Source of the DNA: an uncultured Candidatus Saccharibacteria bacterium
Lineage (GTDB): Bacteria; Patescibacteriota; Dojkabacteria; J137
NCBI GenBank assembly: GCA_964607415.1
Contig: CAZSKK010000001.1
Location: 132,190 to 196,189, forward strand
Direction of reading: 5' to 3'
Length of the DNA: 64,000 nucleotides
Every line of letters begins with the position of its first letter. Positions within the stretch are counted from its first letter, which is position 1. Of this stretch, positions 10,094 to 18,797 are shown one piece after another. A program made the position numbers and the translations under genes. A model generated the notes under the pieces. It was given only the letters and a program-made list of their open reading frames with translations. It searched no databases and was not told the origin of the DNA.

Positions 10094-10719
10094 TCTTCAA
10101 AGAAGCACTTCCGACATATTCATACGAATTATTAAAACGAGTTAGTAAAAATACTGGTTTTTCAAAATTTTATTTAGCTGGAGGCACAAGTCTGGCCTTA
10201 CAAATTGGTCACAGAAAGTCGGTTGATTTAGATTTTTTTTCTTCTGAACCTTTTTCGTCAAATATTACTTCCGAACTTAAAGATGATTATAAAGCAATTT
10301 CAATTTCTAACAATTCAATTGAACTTATAGTTGAAAATACGAAAGTTATGTTTTGGTATTTTGCATTTCCTTTAATAAAAGAACTTGTTAAAAAAGAAAA
10401 GCTGTCATTAGCTGATCCACTAGATATTGGATTAATGAAATTGCTTGCCATTCAAGGTAGAACTACCAAAAAAGATATTATCGATCTTTATTTTATTGAC
10501 AAGGAAATAATAAAGCTTGAGGATTTATTAGAACTTTTTGAATCGAGCTATAAAGAAACTTCTTTTAACGCTTATTCTTCACTTAAAAGCTTATTTGATA
10601 TAGAAAAGCTAAAAAATGATCCAATGCCAGAGATGCTAAAAGAAGTTAGTTTTGATGAAGCTTTTGAATTAGTTACTGATAAGATAGGTAGGCACTTGAA
10701 GCAAAAATTTAAAATGTAG
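10090..10719 (+). CDS. AbiEii/DUF1814-like nucleotidyltransferase (type IV toxin-antitoxin / abortive-infection family)
   Basis: FYLAGGTSLALQIGHRKSVDLDFF matches the AbiEii motif I/II (GGTAL..R.S.DLDF). KLLAIQGRTTKKDIIDLYFI matches motif III (K..A...R...KD.YDL). Confidence 0.55.
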   Translation: MIFKEALPTYSYELLKRVSKNTGFSKFYLAGGTSLALQIGHRKSVDLDFFSSEPFSSNITSELKDDYKAISISNNSIELIVENTKVMFWYFAFPLIKELVKKEKLSLADPLDIGLMKLLAIQGRTTKKDIIDLYFIDKEIIKLEDLLELFESSYKETSFNAYSSLKSLFDIEKLKNDPMPEMLKEVSFDEAFELVTDKIGRHLKQKFKM

Positions 10720-10828
10720 TTAATTTGTTAACTAGTAAAAAGTTGGTTAGTTTTGTGTTACCAATTAACAGGCTACTAATTGACCTCTTGCATTTAAAAT
10801 CAAAAATTTCAAATCTACAATCAATAAG

Positions 10829-12034
10829 CTAGTATTTTAAGCTTCCGCTATCACCCACTCTCCAATATGCAACACCTTTAATCCCATAATCTGCAGCAAG
10901 TTGTTTTCTAAGCTCAAAAGATTTTTGAGTAGGATAAACAACAATTCTTTTTTCGTTTTCAAAAATATATTCTCCTATTGCTTCTCCCCATTCCTCGTTA
11001 AAGTTTTCTGTCAGGTTGTAGCCATTTTTAACTTTTTCTATGTCTTTATAAAAGTATGCATCGGCAGGTTCCAAGTTTCCAAACAATCCAATTTTAAATT
11101 GGTTTCCTTCTTTTATTACTGAAGTAATTTCTCTATCAGACCAGTCATAAGCATATGTATGTACACCTAAAACTATTTTTTCTCTTGGAACCTCAGAATA
11201 AATTGCGTATTTAATAACAAACTCCATCCATTCTAAAGGTGCGATTGGACCGGCTTTTTCACTTCCAGCTCCGTAAAATTCGTATGTCATGATTCTAAGT
11301 TCATCAACCAAATCAGAAATTCTTTTGTAATCTTGTGTAATTCTTGTTTGTGGGAGTGCATTATAATCTACTAAATCTCCCCATTTGGGAAGAACTGTGA
11401 ATACAAGCTTTTTATTTATTTCTTGAAGTTGATCCGAAAGCCTTTCTAAAAAAATGAAAAATTTATCTTTGTCTTTAAGGTAGGTTGATTCGTAATCAAG
11501 ATCAATTCCGTCATATCTGTTTTCAACCACATTTTTAACGATTTCATTTATGTGTCTATTTAAATTTTCATCATTATTTAAAACTTTGTTTAAAATCTCA
11601 TGATCAAAAAGAGTTATAGTAGGTATAAGTTCAATATTATTCTGGGAAGTAAAATTAATAAAATCTTTTCCGTTACTATAGCCGTTTTTTTTCAATGAGC
11701 CGTCCTCATTAACCCAGAACCAGACTGGACTTACTGAATCAAAATTATCTTTTTGTTCTTTAATAACACTTAAACCATCTGGTATGTCATAATCGGGAAT
11801 CCAGCCTGTTACAAAAAGATCATTAATGTCTTTGGATTTTTTCCCAATAGAGCTTATTGCGTCAAATTCCAAATCTTTTTCCGATCTACTGGAAACTTTA
11901 ACTTCAGTGGTGGCAGTTACGTACCGTGTGTGGTTAGGAAGATATAAAACTGAGGCTAAAAAGACTGGAGTTTGCAAAATAATTAATCCCAGGAAAAACA
12001 AATTGAGTTTTTTTAGGGTGAAAAGTTTACGCAT
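10829..12034 (-). CDS. Glycoside hydrolase family 18 (chitinase-like) with N-terminal signal/TM
   Basis: YDGIDLDYES fits the GH18 catalytic DxxDxDxE motif. N-terminal hydrophobic segment. Confidence 0.55.
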   Translation of the reverse strand: MRKLFTLKKLNLFFLGLIILQTPVFLASVLYLPNHTRYVTATTEVKVSSRSEKDLEFDAISSIGKKSKDINDLFVTGWIPDYDIPDGLSVIKEQKDNFDSVSPVWFWVNEDGSLKKNGYSNGKDFINFTSQNNIELIPTITLFDHEILNKVLNNDENLNRHINEIVKNVVENRYDGIDLDYESTYLKDKDKFFIFLERLSDQLQEINKKLVFTVLPKWGDLVDYNALPQTRITQDYKRISDLVDELRIMTYEFYGAGSEKAGPIAPLEWMEFVIKYAIYSEVPREKIVLGVHTYAYDWSDREITSVIKEGNQFKIGLFGNLEPADAYFYKDIEKVKNGYNLTENFNEEWGEAIGEYIFENEKRIVVYPTQKSFELRKQLAADYGIKGVAYWRVGDSGSLKY

Positions 12035-12075
12035 AATTTATTGTATCACAGTTTATATCCCGCTTTTCTCATCCC

Positions 12076-12098
12076 TTCCCCTTAATCTAAGGGGAGGG
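12076..12098. promoter_or_regulatory. GC-rich hairpin (TTCCCCTT-AATCT-AAGGGGAG) inside divergent promoter region, flanked by a TATCACAGTTT / AAACTGTGATA inverted repeat
   Basis: Read directly from sequence 12041..12135. Sits between the divergent starts of the GH18 gene and msrB. Confidence 0.4.
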
Positions 12099-12140
12099 AG
12101 CTTTAGCCGGAGTGAATACAAACTGTGATAGAATGCTCAT

Positions 12141-12527
12141 ATGAAATACAACAAACTAACTCCCGAAGAAGAGCGAATCATTGTAAATAAAGGCACTGAG
12201 TTCCCCTTTACAGGAGAATATGATAATTTTTACGAACCTGGAACTTTTATTTGTAGGCGTTGCAATAATCCTCTTTTTTCTTCAAAAGCAAAATTTGATG
12301 CTCATTGTGGCTGGCCTGCTTTTGATGATAGTTTTCCAAATGCTCTGAAGAGACTTCCAGATCCAGATGGTGTAAGAACAGAAATAAAATGTGCAAATTG
12401 TAATGCACATTTAGGTAATGAATTTATTGGCGAACAATTGACAGATAAGAATGTTAGAGAATGTGTAAATTCACTTTCGATTAAGTTTGTTAAAGAAGGT
12501 GAAACAATACCTGAGGTTATTAAATAA
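12141..12527 (+). CDS. msrB: Peptide-methionine (R)-S-oxide reductase MsrB
   Basis: Two CxxC pairs (RCNNPLF.. and CANCNAHLG), plus GWPAF and HLGNEF, as in SelR/MsrB. Confidence 0.85.
   Translation: MKYNKLTPEEERIIVNKGTEFPFTGEYDNFYEPGTFICRRCNNPLFSSKAKFDAHCGWPAFDDSFPNALKRLPDPDGVRTEIKCANCNAHLGNEFIGEQLTDKNVRECVNSLSIKFVKEGETIPEVIK
12460..12523. repeat. Direct repeat copy A (64 bp, the 3-prime end of msrB)
   Basis: Identical except 1 mismatch to 13773..13836. Confidence 0.85.
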
Positions 12528-12567
12528 TAAGCAAGCTCCTGCGCTTCAAGCGCAGAAGCTTGTAATC

Positions 12568-13671
12568 CTATTCTAGATTTAACATTGCTTTAACTTTTTC
12601 ATTCACTCTATCTAATCTCTCGGCTGCTTCTTGACCCATTAAAGCTAAAATTTGTTGTCGTTTGAAATTTCTAATCTCTTCCCATGCTTTTACACCATGT
12701 TGTCCTTGAGCATTTTCAAGCAAAGTACTAGTCGAACCATTGTTAATGTCTTTAATTACTGATACTCCAACATCAGCATATTTCATTAAGAATTTTACTT
12801 GATGAAGATATTTTGTGTCATCATGGCTTACTAATCTGGTGGTACGTCCTGCTTCAAAAGAGTTTAATTCAGATTTATCACCTGTAGCTTGATTTATGAC
12901 TGCAGTTGTATAAAGTTGCCAAGCCTGAACAGGGACTTTACCTAAATCTTTTCCTTCTATTAAATTTGTATATAGTGCTTTATATGCAAGTAGTCCATTT
13001 ATAAGATCTGCTTTATCTTTCTCAGGAATATCTTCACCTTCCAACTCAGCAAGCATTTGATCTATATCAAGATTAACTGGTGCGGGGAATAATTCTCTAT
13101 TATCTTCAGGTGAAGGCAATATTCCAACTAAATCTACATTCAAGGAAGCCATACCTACTACACGTTCATGTGCAGGTTCTACAGGTCTTCTATTTAGTTC
13201 TGTACCGCCATTTTCAATATATTTTGATGCCTTGACATTAGAGATTAATTTGTCACTATCGGCAAGCATCACTACGAATACATCCTCTCTTTTGCAATTA
13301 GCAGTAGCTAAATAGCACTCTAAAACTTGTTCAACATAAAAGGCATGACCTTTATGAGTTAAATCATAACTTCCAGGCACATATACAATATGCTTTCCAT
13401 TTTGTTTTTCTTCCCGGATTCGACTTTGTACTTCTGTTAAACTCCCTGCAATCTTACTCAGAAGTTTTTCAGTTGATTCTTCTGTTCTTACATCAGGTAG
13501 TGTTAACCCTGCCTCTGGGTCAATAATGATACCAATCTTCATTCCCATCTCATAAATCTCTTGTCCGGAAGTATTTTCACCAGGGTATTGTTTTTGAGGT
13601 TCTACTGTTATAGGTTTTGTTTTAGGCATATCTGGAGTTGTATCCATAAAAAATATTATTAAATTATACAA
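12568..13671 (-). CDS. Cytidylyltransferase-like (HxGH nucleotidyltransferase superfamily) protein, lies within the inserted segment
   Basis: VYVPGSYDLTHKGH fits the GxFDxxHxGH motif of NadD/TagD/PPAT-type nucleotidyltransferases. GSTSTLL resembles the ISSTxIR motif. Long flanking regions of unknown function. Confidence 0.45.
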   Translation of the reverse strand: MYNLIIFFMDTTPDMPKTKPITVEPQKQYPGENTSGQEIYEMGMKIGIIIDPEAGLTLPDVRTEESTEKLLSKIAGSLTEVQSRIREEKQNGKHIVYVPGSYDLTHKGHAFYVEQVLECYLATANCKREDVFVVMLADSDKLISNVKASKYIENGGTELNRRPVEPAHERVVGMASLNVDLVGILPSPEDNRELFPAPVNLDIDQMLAELEGEDIPEKDKADLINGLLAYKALYTNLIEGKDLGKVPVQAWQLYTTAVINQATGDKSELNSFEAGRTTRLVSHDDTKYLHQVKFLMKYADVGVSVIKDINNGSTSTLLENAQGQHGVKAWEEIRNFKRQQILALMGQEAAERLDRVNEKVKAMLNLE

Positions 13672-13772
13672 TAAAAGGTTTAAAAATTTTAACCTAGTAA
13701 AAAATTATCTGCAACCATAAAATGGCAACAGTTTGATATTGCAAAAATCACTCACTATTTTGGGGAGGAATA

Positions 13773-13836
13773 AATGTGTAAATTCACTTTCGATTAAGTC
13801 TGTTAAAGAAGGTGAAACAATACCTGAGGTTATTAA
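13773..13836. repeat. Direct repeat copy B (relic 3-prime end of msrB)
   Basis: In the msrB frame it encodes KCVNSLSIKSVKEGETIPEVIKIPQGKL-stop, i.e. an alternative msrB C-terminus. Confidence 0.85.
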
Positions 13837-14330
13837 GATTCCACAGGGCAAATTGTGAAATTATGTTGAAATACTAGTTGATTTTGATAGTAAATAACTT
13901 CTTCGCCTAGCCACATTGGAATGTTTGGGTTATTGCTGGTACATTCGTAATGGTATTGCCACCCACCATTCACAATAGCAAAATCTTCATCGAGTCTAAT
14001 TCTTTCAGCGTATGCATTTACTATTTCAGATAAAAAAATCATTATATCTTTTTCTATAATTCCTAATTCTTCAATCTTGCTATGTTCAATTGTGCCACCT
14101 GCATATACCCTTGTGTAAGTAATTGCTCCAACTTTAATAATCTCTTGGCCTCCAGTAGTTCTGGGATTGTGCCCTGCCCATTGGTCTGTGGAAAGAACCC
14201 TTTCGTTGTCTAATCCGTTTGTAGTTATTGACAAACCATCCCTTTCTGAAGCTTGAGGCGTTGTTGTAAAGCTGTTGAGAAGGCTTTCTGCAAAAGCTGA
14301 TTTTATTTCTAGTGGAATTCCGTTATTCAT
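13833..14330 (-). CDS. Hypothetical protein
   Basis: ORF only; no motif recognised. Confidence 0.3.
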   Translation of the reverse strand: MNNGIPLEIKSAFAESLLNSFTTTPQASERDGLSITTNGLDNERVLSTDQWAGHNPRTTGGQEIIKVGAITYTRVYAGGTIEHSKIEELGIIEKDIMIFLSEIVNAYAERIRLDEDFAIVNGGWQYHYECTSNNPNIPMWLGEEVIYYQNQLVFQHNFTICPVES

Positions 14331-14359
14331 AAGTTACTAAAATGATTAAGTGGTTAAAT

Positions 14360-14659
14360 CTATCTCAATTTTTCTATCAATATATTTATCGTTGAACATT
14401 TCTGGTGGAGTAAGTCTTTGGATGAATACCAGTAAAAATTATATTTATTATCTACAGAGTAAAATAAATTTGAAATCCATGGATCGCCATCTTTTGTAGC
14501 TACTGAAATAGTCATGTATAAATTATCTTCGATGATTTTTTGTGCTTTTTGTTCGTTAGTCATGATTAAATAATAGTTCAATCCTATAATTAAGTTAAGT
14601 ACACTTATCAAAAAACTCAAAAATCCTGTCGTAACTATCAGGTGCAAGAGCGTGACCAT
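14360..14659 (-). CDS. Possible truncated PNPOx-like (pyridoxamine-phosphate-oxidase-fold) fragment; start probably at internal Met
   Basis: C-terminal two-thirds (MTNEQKAQKIIEDNLYMTISVATKDGDPWISNLFYSV..) resemble the N-terminal half of general-stress-protein-26 / PNPOx split-barrel proteins. N-terminus overlaps the upstream gene by 65 bp. Too short for a complete domain. Confidence 0.25.
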   Translation of the reverse strand: MVTLLHLIVTTGFLSFLISVLNLIIGLNYYLIMTNEQKAQKIIEDNLYMTISVATKDGDPWISNLFYSVDNKYNFYWYSSKDLLHQKCSTINILIEKLR

Positions 14660-15512
14660 AATCTTCTTCTATGACTAATTCTACTTTTGCACCTTCACTT
14701 TTTAAATAGTTAGCATAGTGCAAACATCTTTCATACTGATTCTTACCAAATATCGATTTAATTTTTTCATTTAAAGTAGGATCGATTAAATCTGCCTCGA
14801 AAGAAAGTGGATCGTTAGTTTGGTTAGTATCGAGCACACCTACGTATAAAAAGAATTTTAATGATAAAAATTGATGTTTACTAAATCTTTGTCCCTTGAT
14901 TGTCTCTATATCATCAACTCCAAAAGGATATGGTAAGGTTACATCGCTAAGGCTTTTTTCTGGATAAATATAATTACCTGCAAGCGGTATTGCAATTGCT
15001 TCCACAATATCCGGGTACAATAGGCTAAACCGATTAACCATATTTGCGCCTGCAGAAACTCCAGCAGCAAATATCTTCTTGTATAAGTTATATTTTTTTG
15101 ATTCAAGTGTATTTCTAAGAGCGTTAATGAAATTTAGAATTTCTATATCCGGTCTTCTATAAAATTCACCCCAATCATCAGACATAACTGGCTTTGCTAA
15201 CATTTGAGAATCTTGCGGGATTATAGAGCTTGTGCCTTGAAATCTCGGAAGAACAGGCATTATTGCAATTAAATTATGCCTATCACAATCTTGTTTTATC
15301 ATTTCAATATCATCTTTAGCAGCGCTTATAATATCTTCATATGCCATTCCATCAAAGCTTCCATGTCCCCAAAGTAAAATTCTGAATTTTTTATTAGATC
15401 CTTCTAAATAGTCAGGAGTTATAACATAGAAAGCATATTTACTCTTTGAATCAAACTCAATTGATTCTCCTAAAGTAACAGTTTCGTTGAAAAATAGTTT
15501 AAGATTTGCCAT
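14595..15512 (-). CDS. Alpha/beta-hydrolase fold esterase/lipase-like
   Basis: GVSAGAN nucleophile elbow (GxSxG) and an HGSFDG motif. Confidence 0.5.
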   Translation of the reverse strand: MANLKLFFNETVTLGESIEFDSKSKYAFYVITPDYLEGSNKKFRILLWGHGSFDGMAYEDIISAAKDDIEMIKQDCDRHNLIAIMPVLPRFQGTSSIIPQDSQMLAKPVMSDDWGEFYRRPDIEILNFINALRNTLESKKYNLYKKIFAAGVSAGANMVNRFSLLYPDIVEAIAIPLAGNYIYPEKSLSDVTLPYPFGVDDIETIKGQRFSKHQFLSLKFFLYVGVLDTNQTNDPLSFEADLIDPTLNEKIKSIFGKNQYERCLHYANYLKSEGAKVELVIEEDYGHALAPDSYDRIFEFFDKCT

Positions 15513-16207
15513 TATAAAATATAATCCGAAATATGAATATAACTTTTATAAGTTGATAAATCTTTACCTAAAACCAATATATCAATTTCTGGCCACTTGT
15601 GTTGAATTTTCTTCGCATCTTTTTTGGAAATCCACTCTAATGAATCTAAAAGTTTCATTTTAGATTTTTGTTTTCCATCAACTTCAACTTTATAAACTGT
15701 AAAAGCATCATCAAATAATATCTCCCCACTTGATGTTTGAATTGTTTTTAAATGCAAACTTAAAAACTTAAAATTTTTATGATTTAAAACTAAACCCGTA
15801 TTCATCTTAAAAGCTCTTGTTAGGGTATTTTCAATCTTTTCGCCAAAAAACGGTTTACTACTTGGCAAATTATAAAAATTAACTTTGGACTGAGGATGAG
15901 ATTTTAGAAGGTAATTTCCATTAGAATCCGAACATAAAAAACCTATAAAAAAAGTTTTGACTCCTTTGTCCTCCAGTTCCAGAGGCTCTCCTATCTGACC
16001 GTCAGGCAGGTACTTAGCAATTGCTTTAACACCTTTCAATGTAATAGAATAAATCCCATCAGATTTTTCAACAAAGCCTTTTGCAATTAATTGGTTAAGG
16101 TGAAAAACGATATTGTCTTCAAAATCGTAGCCTGAAGCTAATGTCCCGTATCTTTGACTGTTTTGTGTAAATAATCTTTTTAGTATGATTTTTTGAAGCT
16201 TATGCAT
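15512..16207 (-). CDS. Hypothetical protein with N-terminal winged-helix-like segment (degenerate Nudix-like C-terminal region?)
   Basis: N-terminal helix-rich basic region. FGEKIENTLTRAFKMNTGL is only a degenerate Nudix-box resemblance. Confidence 0.25.
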   Translation of the reverse strand: MHKLQKIILKRLFTQNSQRYGTLASGYDFEDNIVFHLNQLIAKGFVEKSDGIYSITLKGVKAIAKYLPDGQIGEPLELEDKGVKTFFIGFLCSDSNGNYLLKSHPQSKVNFYNLPSSKPFFGEKIENTLTRAFKMNTGLVLNHKNFKFLSLHLKTIQTSSGEILFDDAFTVYKVEVDGKQKSKMKLLDSLEWISKKDAKKIQHKWPEIDILVLGKDLSTYKSYIHISDYIL

Positions 16208-16261
16208 GTTAAGTGTAGTTGGCTACTCTGAAAAATAGACGGTTAGTATTTTAAAATAAGA

Positions 16262-16723
16262 ATGTGTCTACATTTCGTCAGATTTGACAATCTGCTCGAT
16301 GTGACACCAGTTCGTTGTTTTCTCAATATTATTTTAAATATTAACATCTCAATTATGTTTACGGAAATTTTTGCACTGTGCCTTTTAGTTAATGATTTTG
16401 AAAAATCATTAGATTTTTACAAAAACACACTTGAACTTGAAGTGAATTCTACTAATAGTAAGTTTGCTGATTTTAAACTGGGTGCAACTTCTCTTGCTAT
16501 TTTCCAAAAAGATGAAGCAACTCAAATGTTTTCTTCAAAATATATAAAAACTGGTGGAGGAAGTGTAATTGCTTTTCAAGTTACTAACATTAACAAATCT
16601 TGTGAAAGTTTAAAGTTAAAAGGTGTGGAAATTATTGAAGATCCTAAAACCACAGCGTGGGGACAAAAAGTTGCATACTTTTTAGATCCGGATTTAAATA
16701 TAATCGAAATTTCTGAAAAATGA
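16262..16723 (+). CDS. VOC (glyoxalase/bleomycin-resistance) family protein; true start likely the internal MFTEIF
   Basis: Paired beta-alpha-beta-beta-beta modules. C-terminal IEDPKTTAWGQKVAYFLDPDLNIIEI is typical of VOC proteins. Confidence 0.55.
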   Translation: MCLHFVRFDNLLDVTPVRCFLNIILNINISIMFTEIFALCLLVNDFEKSLDFYKNTLELEVNSTNSKFADFKLGATSLAIFQKDEATQMFSSKYIKTGGGSVIAFQVTNINKSCESLKLKGVEIIEDPKTTAWGQKVAYFLDPDLNIIEISEK

Positions 16724-17145
16724 ATGGTTTAGTCAAAAAAACAATTCATGATGAATCGAAAATGATACTTCCACCAGAAATTGTAGCCGTTGGAGTAGAT
16801 TTTCCAAGAGACTTAGAAAAGCTCTGGGCACTGGAATTGTTTGCAGAAGAAATTCCTGTTGAAGAGTTGGCTTGGCACTTGGATCTACCCTTCTTCTGGC
16901 AGCCTGATATACCTTTTAGTTTAAAGCCGAAGGAAGTTTTAGCAAATCCAGACAAGTATGAATACAGAATGAGTAGAATTATGGGTGTTGATGAAAGCTT
17001 TCCAATTCATGTTATTTTTTGGAAAGAAAGGTGGGTAATACTTGATGGACTACACAGGTTTTGTAAACAAGTTGTTCAAGGGAAACCTGTTGTTAAGGTT
17101 AAAAAGGTACCGGTTGATTGGGTTGATAAAATTAAGCCTGATTAA
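16720..17145 (+). CDS. ParB/Srx-like domain protein
   Basis: WVILDGLHRF resembles the DGHHR motif of ParB N-terminal / sulfiredoxin domains. 4-bp overlap with the upstream VOC gene. Confidence 0.35.
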   Translation: MNGLVKKTIHDESKMILPPEIVAVGVDFPRDLEKLWALELFAEEIPVEELAWHLDLPFFWQPDIPFSLKPKEVLANPDKYEYRMSRIMGVDESFPIHVIFWKERWVILDGLHRFCKQVVQGKPVVKVKKVPVDWVDKIKPD

Positions 17146-17170
17146 TTTAGTTTATACGGCTAAGAGGATA

Positions 17171-18016
17171 CTATGCCTCTTGAGGTACAGTTTGGAACTT
17201 AGGCTTATGAACAACAATAATTTCATGTCCCACTTTTATTTCATAAGTACCATCATCTTTCCGAAATTGTTTAACGTATTCAGCTATGTCTAATCTATTT
17301 TGTTCAGTAATCTCATCAGCACTAATACCTCCTAAAACTACAGGCATTACTCTTATAAGTTCATCAATACTCTCCCATTTAAAATGACTCTCTACTATTT
17401 CAGTATCGAAGTTAATACCCTTACTAGCCAGGTGTTCTTTTACATCTCCAATATTAAACTCATGCCCATTATGTTTTACGCCTTCAAACTCTTTTATGAA
17501 TTGTGTATACTGGCTTTCAAGATCTGACATAGTGATTATTACTTTTCCCCCATCTGAAAGTGAATTAAGCATTTTATCTAACTGATCCAAAGGATCAGGT
17601 AAATATCTCATAACATGAGATGCGCAAATACAATTTGGTCTTCCTATACTCTCTGGCTCCAAATTCTGAAACGAATCAGTTACAACTGTTGCATCAGGAA
17701 ATTTTTCTCCAAGAATATTATGGTATTTATTTGAAGGTTCAATCAGAATAGCTTGTGAGAATTTATCTATGTAAGCATCTAACATGTCTCCTGTGCCAGC
17801 CCCAACCTCAATCAATTTATTTCTCTTTTCTGACGGCAAAAATCTATCTACAAGTGCAGCAACTGCATTTTTCAAAATCTCTTTCTCGTCGTAGACCATT
17901 TCTAGGAAAAATAGAAATGTTTCATCTTCATAAGCCGCCGCTTTTCTATGCCCGTTATCATTTTGCGCAGGTAAATTGGCTTGATCAGTAACTAAAGTTG
18001 CATCCATAAGTAACAT
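17171..18016 (-). CDS. Class I SAM-dependent methyltransferase
   Basis: LIEVGAGTGDML matches motif I (ExGxGxG). Confidence 0.65.
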   Translation of the reverse strand: MLLMDATLVTDQANLPAQNDNGHRKAAAYEDETFLFFLEMVYDEKEILKNAVAALVDRFLPSEKRNKLIEVGAGTGDMLDAYIDKFSQAILIEPSNKYHNILGEKFPDATVVTDSFQNLEPESIGRPNCICASHVMRYLPDPLDQLDKMLNSLSDGGKVIITMSDLESQYTQFIKEFEGVKHNGHEFNIGDVKEHLASKGINFDTEIVESHFKWESIDELIRVMPVVLGGISADEITEQNRLDIAEYVKQFRKDDGTYEIKVGHEIIVVHKPKFQTVPQEA

Positions 18017-18371
18017 TATTAAAATTTAATTCCGATTCAGGATACCTGCTTATAATATTAGTGTCAATATAAAACGGTAACAATTACAGAGTTTTGTAAA
18101 AAGATTAAATACCTGTCTATAAAAGTTTTATAGCTAAATTTTAGAAAAAATACTAGAGGGTTTATCTATCTACTTAAATGTGGCAGCAAAAATGATGTTC
18201 GTAAGCGCCGTCAGGCAGAAGATGTGGTAAAAAATAGTTAGCTTGTGACTAAATATGTGGAGGCTTTTGTTTAGCACTGAAGTCAAATTTTCCTAGAGCA
18301 GAAGGTACAAAAAGGTCCATTTAGCAACGGACGAATTTACAATGCACTTAATACATTCAAAAAAAACTAAA

Positions 18372-18444
18372 AGCAGCGGACGAGGCTCGAACTCGCGACC
18401 TCCTCCTTGGCAAGGAGGCGTTCTACCAATTGAACTACCGCTGC
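18372..18444 (-). tRNA. tRNA-Gly (anticodon GCC)
   Basis: Reverse complement GCAGCGGTAGTTCAATTGGTAGAACGCCTCCTTGCCAAGGAGGAGGTCGCGAGTTCGAGCCTCGTCCGCTGCT. Anticodon loop TTGCCAA, T-loop TTCGAGC. Confidence 0.85.
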
Positions 18445-18468
18445 TTTTAGTTTTCCTTGGCAAGGCTC

Positions 18469-18489
18469 AACATGACATTTAGTCATGTT
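18469..18489. repeat. Hairpin repeat copy 1 (AACATGAC-ATTTA-GTCATGTT) followed by a tRNA-Gly D-arm fragment
   Basis: Same 30-nt unit at 18611..18631. Variant with a compensatory change at about 18777..18797. Confidence 0.7.
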
Positions 18490-18610
18490 TCGTACCAATT
18501 GAACTACATCCGCTAACTCTTTTTTAAAAGAACTTGACATACGACCTCTTTCTTGGCAACGAGACAGGATATTATCCTGTCGAGTGTTCTAAAGGAACTG
18601 CTAATTGCTC

Positions 18611-18631
18611 AACATGACATTTAGTCATGTT
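18611..18631. repeat. Hairpin repeat copy 2
   Basis: CTCAACATGACATTTAGTCATGTTTCGTAC identical to copy 1. Confidence 0.7.
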
Positions 18632-18776
18632 TCGTACCCCTCTTCGAGGATTAATATCTTCTAAGCTCAAACTGCGCTTTGCTTGTTTTCACTAAGAATC
18701 TATTAGCAATTGTCTGCCAAAGGCAGATCCGCCTCTGGCGGAAACTACCGCTGCTAAATAGAGCTTTTTTCTCTCA

Positions 18777-18797
18777 GCACGACATTTAGTCGTGCTT
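18777..18797. repeat. Hairpin repeat copy 3 (variant CACGAC-ATTTA-GTCGTG)
   Basis: T-to-C in the 5-prime arm matched by A-to-G in the 3-prime arm. Abuts the murG start. Confidence 0.6.
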
